DNA of 64,000 bases from Coleofasciculus sp. B1-GNL1-01 (GTDB lineage Bacteria; Cyanobacteriota; Cyanobacteriia; Cyanobacteriales; Coleofasciculaceae). The DNA lies in assembly GCA_040220235.1 (NCBI GenBank), contig JAVJTO010000006.1. One strand, written 5' to 3'. Position numbers and translations under genes: made by a program. A model generated the notes under the pieces. That model was not told where the DNA came from. It saw only the letters and a list, made by a program, of their open reading frames with translations, and did not search any database. Shown piece after piece: positions 60,296 through 64,000 of this stretch; the first letter of the stretch is position 1; every line of letters starts with the position of its first letter.

Positions 60296-63200
60296 TTATG
60301 TTTTCTCGATCAATGGTTTCTCAATGATCGCGTAACTCCGAATCTGCCAAGGCGCTATCCTCAAGGCTTGCAGTGTCGGTGATTCTGGAGACTGATCCAC
60401 AGGACGTTCTAACAAATCCACAGAACCTTCTATCGCCAAACCTAAATCACTATTGAATGAAACTTCCGCTTCCTCTCCCTGAGATTCATAACACCGCAGA
60501 ATCCAACGGTGGGGATTATCTTGCGATCGCTTGAACGCAATCACTACTAAATTTTCCGCTGATAACTCTAGCAAGGAACCCCTGGGGGGCAAGGAGTTAA
60601 TACCCTGATTCGCCCTGTCTTCCAGCCGGACAACTTGCAGGGGGAAATTTAACTCATACCCTCGCTGAACCGTTTTCGCGGCTTGCCAAGTTCCTGCATG
60701 AGGATAAAGGGCGTAAGTGAAGTGGTGAATTCCGCGATCGGCGTCGGGATGGGGCCACATTGGGCTTTTGAGTAGGGTTAATCGGAGTTGAGAGGGTTGG
60801 GCGTCATAGCCGTATTTACAATCATTCAGGAGACTCACGCCATAAGTTTCATCAGCCAAATCTGCCCAACGCAATGCTGGAACTTCCCATTTGGCTTGTT
60901 CGGCGGGGGTTTGGGGTTTTGTCGGGCGTTGAATTGCGCCGCAGGGAATTTCATAGGTGGCGTAGTCGGCTTCTAGGTTTAAGGGGAATGCGGCTTTGAC
61001 TAATACCTGGCGTTCCTGCCAATCTACGGTTGTGGCTATTTTAAGTAGGGGTGAATCTGATGTCAGGATGTAGTCTTGGCAAAACTGGGATTGTCCTAAT
61101 TGACGAATGACTTGGAGACGCGATCGCAGGTTTCCGCGTTCTAGCCATTGAATGGATTGTAGTTGGGTTGGTGGTAAGGGATGTTGATGGTAATTGGGGT
61201 CAATATTCCAGGCGTCCCAATATTGTCCTTTGTCTTCAAAGGCTTGCAGTTGATTCCCGGCACCGCTTAATATTTCTCGTTGGTTTTGTTTATCAAAAAT
61301 GCTGCTTAAGTCGCCTGTATTGGGATTGACGATAACTTTCAGGTAGTCATTTTCGAGGATAAATTCGTTGTTGGGTTGGGGATTGGGGTTGTCGTTTTCT
61401 GGGGGAGTGTCTGTGGGACAAAGCCAGACTATTTTATAGCCGATCGCGGGGATATCTTTTGCCAGAAATAGCAGATGGGTTTGATTCTTTGCTTCGTTTG
61501 TATGGAACCCGATTTGGCTGGGGATTTTTTCGCCGTTACTATCGTATAGTTGCCCGGATTGATTGTTGGTGATTTGGATTTGTTTTTTCAACGCAGAGGT
61601 TCGCAGAGGGAAGCGCAGAGGTAGCGCGAACGCGCCGCTATCGCTAACGCAGAGGGAGAGGGGAATGAGTTCTGAACGTTGCCAGTTGAGGGGGTTGAAA
61701 ATGATTAGGGGTTGGGCGTTGGGGTGAGGGGGTGAGGGGAGGGTGATTTGGGACGCGATCGCGTTTAGGGATTCGGCGATAATGGTTTGGGTTATTGTCT
61801 CGGTTTGTTGCCATTTTTGGTTGGCTTCAATGAAGACTTCGGGAATTGAGGTTCCGGGTAAGATGTCGTGGAATTGATTAAAGAGGACGTTTTTCCATGC
61901 GGTTTCTAGTTGAGTTTGAGGATAGTTTTTTTGGGTGATTAGGGTGGCGAGGGAGGCAAAGAGTTCGGCTTGATACAGTAATCCTTCACAGCGACGATTC
62001 CAGCGTTTTTGGTCAGCGTGGGTGGTATAACAGCCGCGATGGAGTTCTAGATAGAGTTCGTTATTCCAAATTGGATTAGGAATTGAATAGTTGTAGGGGC
62101 GGGTTTCACTATTATTGTTTTTTGTCCCCCTGATGTGACTAAACCCGCCCTCATCTCCTCTATCTTCCCTATCTCCCCTATCGCCTCTCTCTTCTAATTG
62201 ATTCTCAAGATTCTGCAAATATTTCAACGCGGTGGTAAATTCTATTTTTGGAAAAAAGGGAGACTGTTGCCAACGCTGGGCGACTTCTAGCATATCGCGA
62301 GTGGGACCACCGCCATGATCGCCTACACCAGGTAACCAAAATATATCCTTAATTTTGGTTTGGGTTTGCCACTTAATCCCATAATTGGTCATGGTAATTG
62401 GATTCGTGTCCATGACTCCAGTAATATTGGGTGGTGACATTAAACTGAGAATTTGAGTTCCATCCGGTGATTGCCACCAAAAGAGGTGATAGGGGAATTC
62501 AGTTGTGTCATTCCAATGCAGTTTTTGGGTGACAAAATAGTTGATTCCGCCTTGTTTTAAGAGTTGCGGTAATTGCCACGTAAAGCCAAAACTATCTGTA
62601 ACCCAGGCAACTTGACTAATTTGACCGAATTTTTCTTGGGTATAATGCTGACCATAAAGAATTTGGCGGACAATGGATTCACCGTCAATTAAGTTGAGTT
62701 CTGGTTCAACCCACATCCCACCAACTGTTTCCCATTTTCCGGCGATGACTTGCTGTTTTATTCGGCTAAATAAGTCGGGACGATTCTGTTCGATCCAGGC
62801 ATAAAGGGCAGGTGTTGTATGACAATAGGTTAAATTAGGAAAGTCTTGCTGTAAACTGAGAACTGATTCAAACGTTCGCACGGCAACATCCCAAGTTGCC
62901 TGAGTTGACCATAACCAAGCCATATCTAAATGGGCATGACCGAGTAAGTGGAATGTAGCGTTAGGGGTGAGGTTTTGGGATAGTAAAGTTTGGCGTAATT
63001 GAGTTAGCGATCGCGTAAACTGATCGGCATCAGATACCCTCTGCCAGTTAATCTCAGCTACAGCAGCAGCCAGTGTTTCTAATTGTTCCGGTGCAAAGGC
63101 GGTTAAATACTTCTGCAATACGGTTAATTCATCCGCCACAAATCCCGGATCAATCGAATTTGTTGATTCATAAATACAGCAAGACCGCATTAACCCGCCA

Positions 63201-63634
63201 ATATCATGACCTGGACTCACTAACCGTACCATTAAGGTAATGATTTCTCCAGGACTAACGGTTGAACTTAAAAGGATTCTTGCTGAAGAATCAAATAAGT
63301 CTCCTTCTTGGACTAACTCACCATTCACAAAAATTTTGGCATCTTCCGCCCACCAGGTTAGCGCTAGTCGTAAGGTTAGTCCGGCTAAAGGATAGTCTTG
63401 TAAATCATGAGGAATGATAAATTGTTGCCCGAACCACATTACTTGGCGTCCGGCTGACCAGATAATATAGCCTTTATCATTGAGTTCAACACTTGACCCG
63501 TTTACCAAAATATGGTTACTTATCTCCTCCAGAGGCAGATCTTCAGACCACAGTTTCCAATTAGTCTGCACATTCACCTGAGTTAAGGCGCGGAGTTTGG
63601 CAATAGAGTCAGAAAGGGAGGGTAAGGAAGACAT
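60296..63634 (-). CDS. Alpha-mannosidase (GH38)
   Basis: GHAHLDMAWLW, GGMWVE, DSFGF, GDHGGGP, ELYLELHRG.YT, QFHDILPGTSI. Confidence 0.93.
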   Translation of the reverse strand: MSSLPSLSDSIAKLRALTQVNVQTNWKLWSEDLPLEEISNHILVNGSSVELNDKGYIIWSAGRQVMWFGQQFIIPHDLQDYPLAGLTLRLALTWWAEDAKIFVNGELVQEGDLFDSSARILLSSTVSPGEIITLMVRLVSPGHDIGGLMRSCCIYESTNSIDPGFVADELTVLQKYLTAFAPEQLETLAAAVAEINWQRVSDADQFTRSLTQLRQTLLSQNLTPNATFHLLGHAHLDMAWLWSTQATWDVAVRTFESVLSLQQDFPNLTYCHTTPALYAWIEQNRPDLFSRIKQQVIAGKWETVGGMWVEPELNLIDGESIVRQILYGQHYTQEKFGQISQVAWVTDSFGFTWQLPQLLKQGGINYFVTQKLHWNDTTEFPYHLFWWQSPDGTQILSLMSPPNITGVMDTNPITMTNYGIKWQTQTKIKDIFWLPGVGDHGGGPTRDMLEVAQRWQQSPFFPKIEFTTALKYLQNLENQLEERGDRGDREDRGDEGGFSHIRGTKNNNSETRPYNYSIPNPIWNNELYLELHRGCYTTHADQKRWNRRCEGLLYQAELFASLATLITQKNYPQTQLETAWKNVLFNQFHDILPGTSIPEVFIEANQKWQQTETITQTIIAESLNAIASQITLPSPPHPNAQPLIIFNPLNWQRSELIPLSLCVSDSGAFALPLRFPLRTSALKKQIQITNNQSGQLYDSNGEKIPSQIGFHTNEAKNQTHLLFLAKDIPAIGYKIVWLCPTDTPPENDNPNPQPNNEFILENDYLKVIVNPNTGDLSSIFDKQNQREILSGAGNQLQAFEDKGQYWDAWNIDPNYHQHPLPPTQLQSIQWLERGNLRSRLQVIRQLGQSQFCQDYILTSDSPLLKIATTVDWQERQVLVKAAFPLNLEADYATYEIPCGAIQRPTKPQTPAEQAKWEVPALRWADLADETYGVSLLNDCKYGYDAQPSQLRLTLLKSPMWPHPDADRGIHHFTYALYPHAGTWQAAKTVQRGYELNFPLQVVRLEDRANQGINSLPPRGSLLELSAENLVVIAFKRSQDNPHRWILRCYESQGEEAEVSFNSDLGLAIEGSVDLLERPVDQSPESPTLQALRIAPWQIRSYAIIEKPLIEKT

Positions 63635-63947
63635 AGTAATGAATGATAAAAATGAATAGTTAACAATCAGAATTACGAAAACATCTGTCGCATTAATCCG
63701 TCTGGGGTGGAAACCTAAGAAAGCAAGCGTTTAAGTACGCTTTAGTTTACTACAGTAAAGACATTGAACCCGTTTTAACGGGTTTTAGCTTTGACGCGGA
63801 AATTTATTTCCCGGCTAGACTAAATTAAGGGTGTATGGTGGGTGATGCCAACGTTTATGGCGCTAAAGCGCAACTACGAACATTCGCGAAGAAAGCGATA
63901 GAGTATGGAATAATAAGTAAGTCATCGCTGCTTCTGCTTGCATCACC

Positions 63948-64000
63948 ATGTCTGCTTCTACCCCAGGTCGCTACCGCAGCCGATTGTTCAATCTTATCAA
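63948..64000 (+). CDS. Start of a hypothetical protein (partial)
   Basis: ATG then MSASTPGRYRSRLFNLI, open to the window end. Confidence 0.45.
   Translation, partial: MSASTPGRYRSRLFNLI

Overview
A 64-kb chromosomal window from a filamentous cyanobacterium. This is inferred from frequent HIP1 octamers (GCGATCGC), ndhCKJ, CRR7, Tic22, and short tandem and REP-like repeats. The housekeeping backbone (tRNA-Pro, prmC, tsaC, ndhCKJ, ydiU/selO, alaS, Omp85, GH38 mannosidase) is interleaved with accessory loci. (1) A standalone NRPS-like A-PCP-reductase enzyme whose adenylation domain has a glycine-type specificity code and is interrupted between A8 and A9 by three PilZ-like (c-di-GMP-binding) repeats; it lies downstream of an ethanolamine-permease-like APC transporter. 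(2) A 449-bp ORF-less IS200/IS605 (IscB omega-RNA/HEARO-like) element inserted exactly in the ndhC/ndhK overlap, 5' of ATGA, supplying the ndhC stop codon. (3) Two separate defence cassettes in which a DNA methyltransferase module (a beta-class SPPY MTase, or HsdS+HsdM without HsdR) is followed by a coupled ABC-type ATPase + HNH nuclease pair. (4) Tandem secreted HEAT-repeat paralogues, a P-loop ATPase plus STAND/WD40 pair, two pseudogenes, and many REP/MITE elements, several inserted in frame inside genes. All calls come from reading motifs by eye; no database searches were run.
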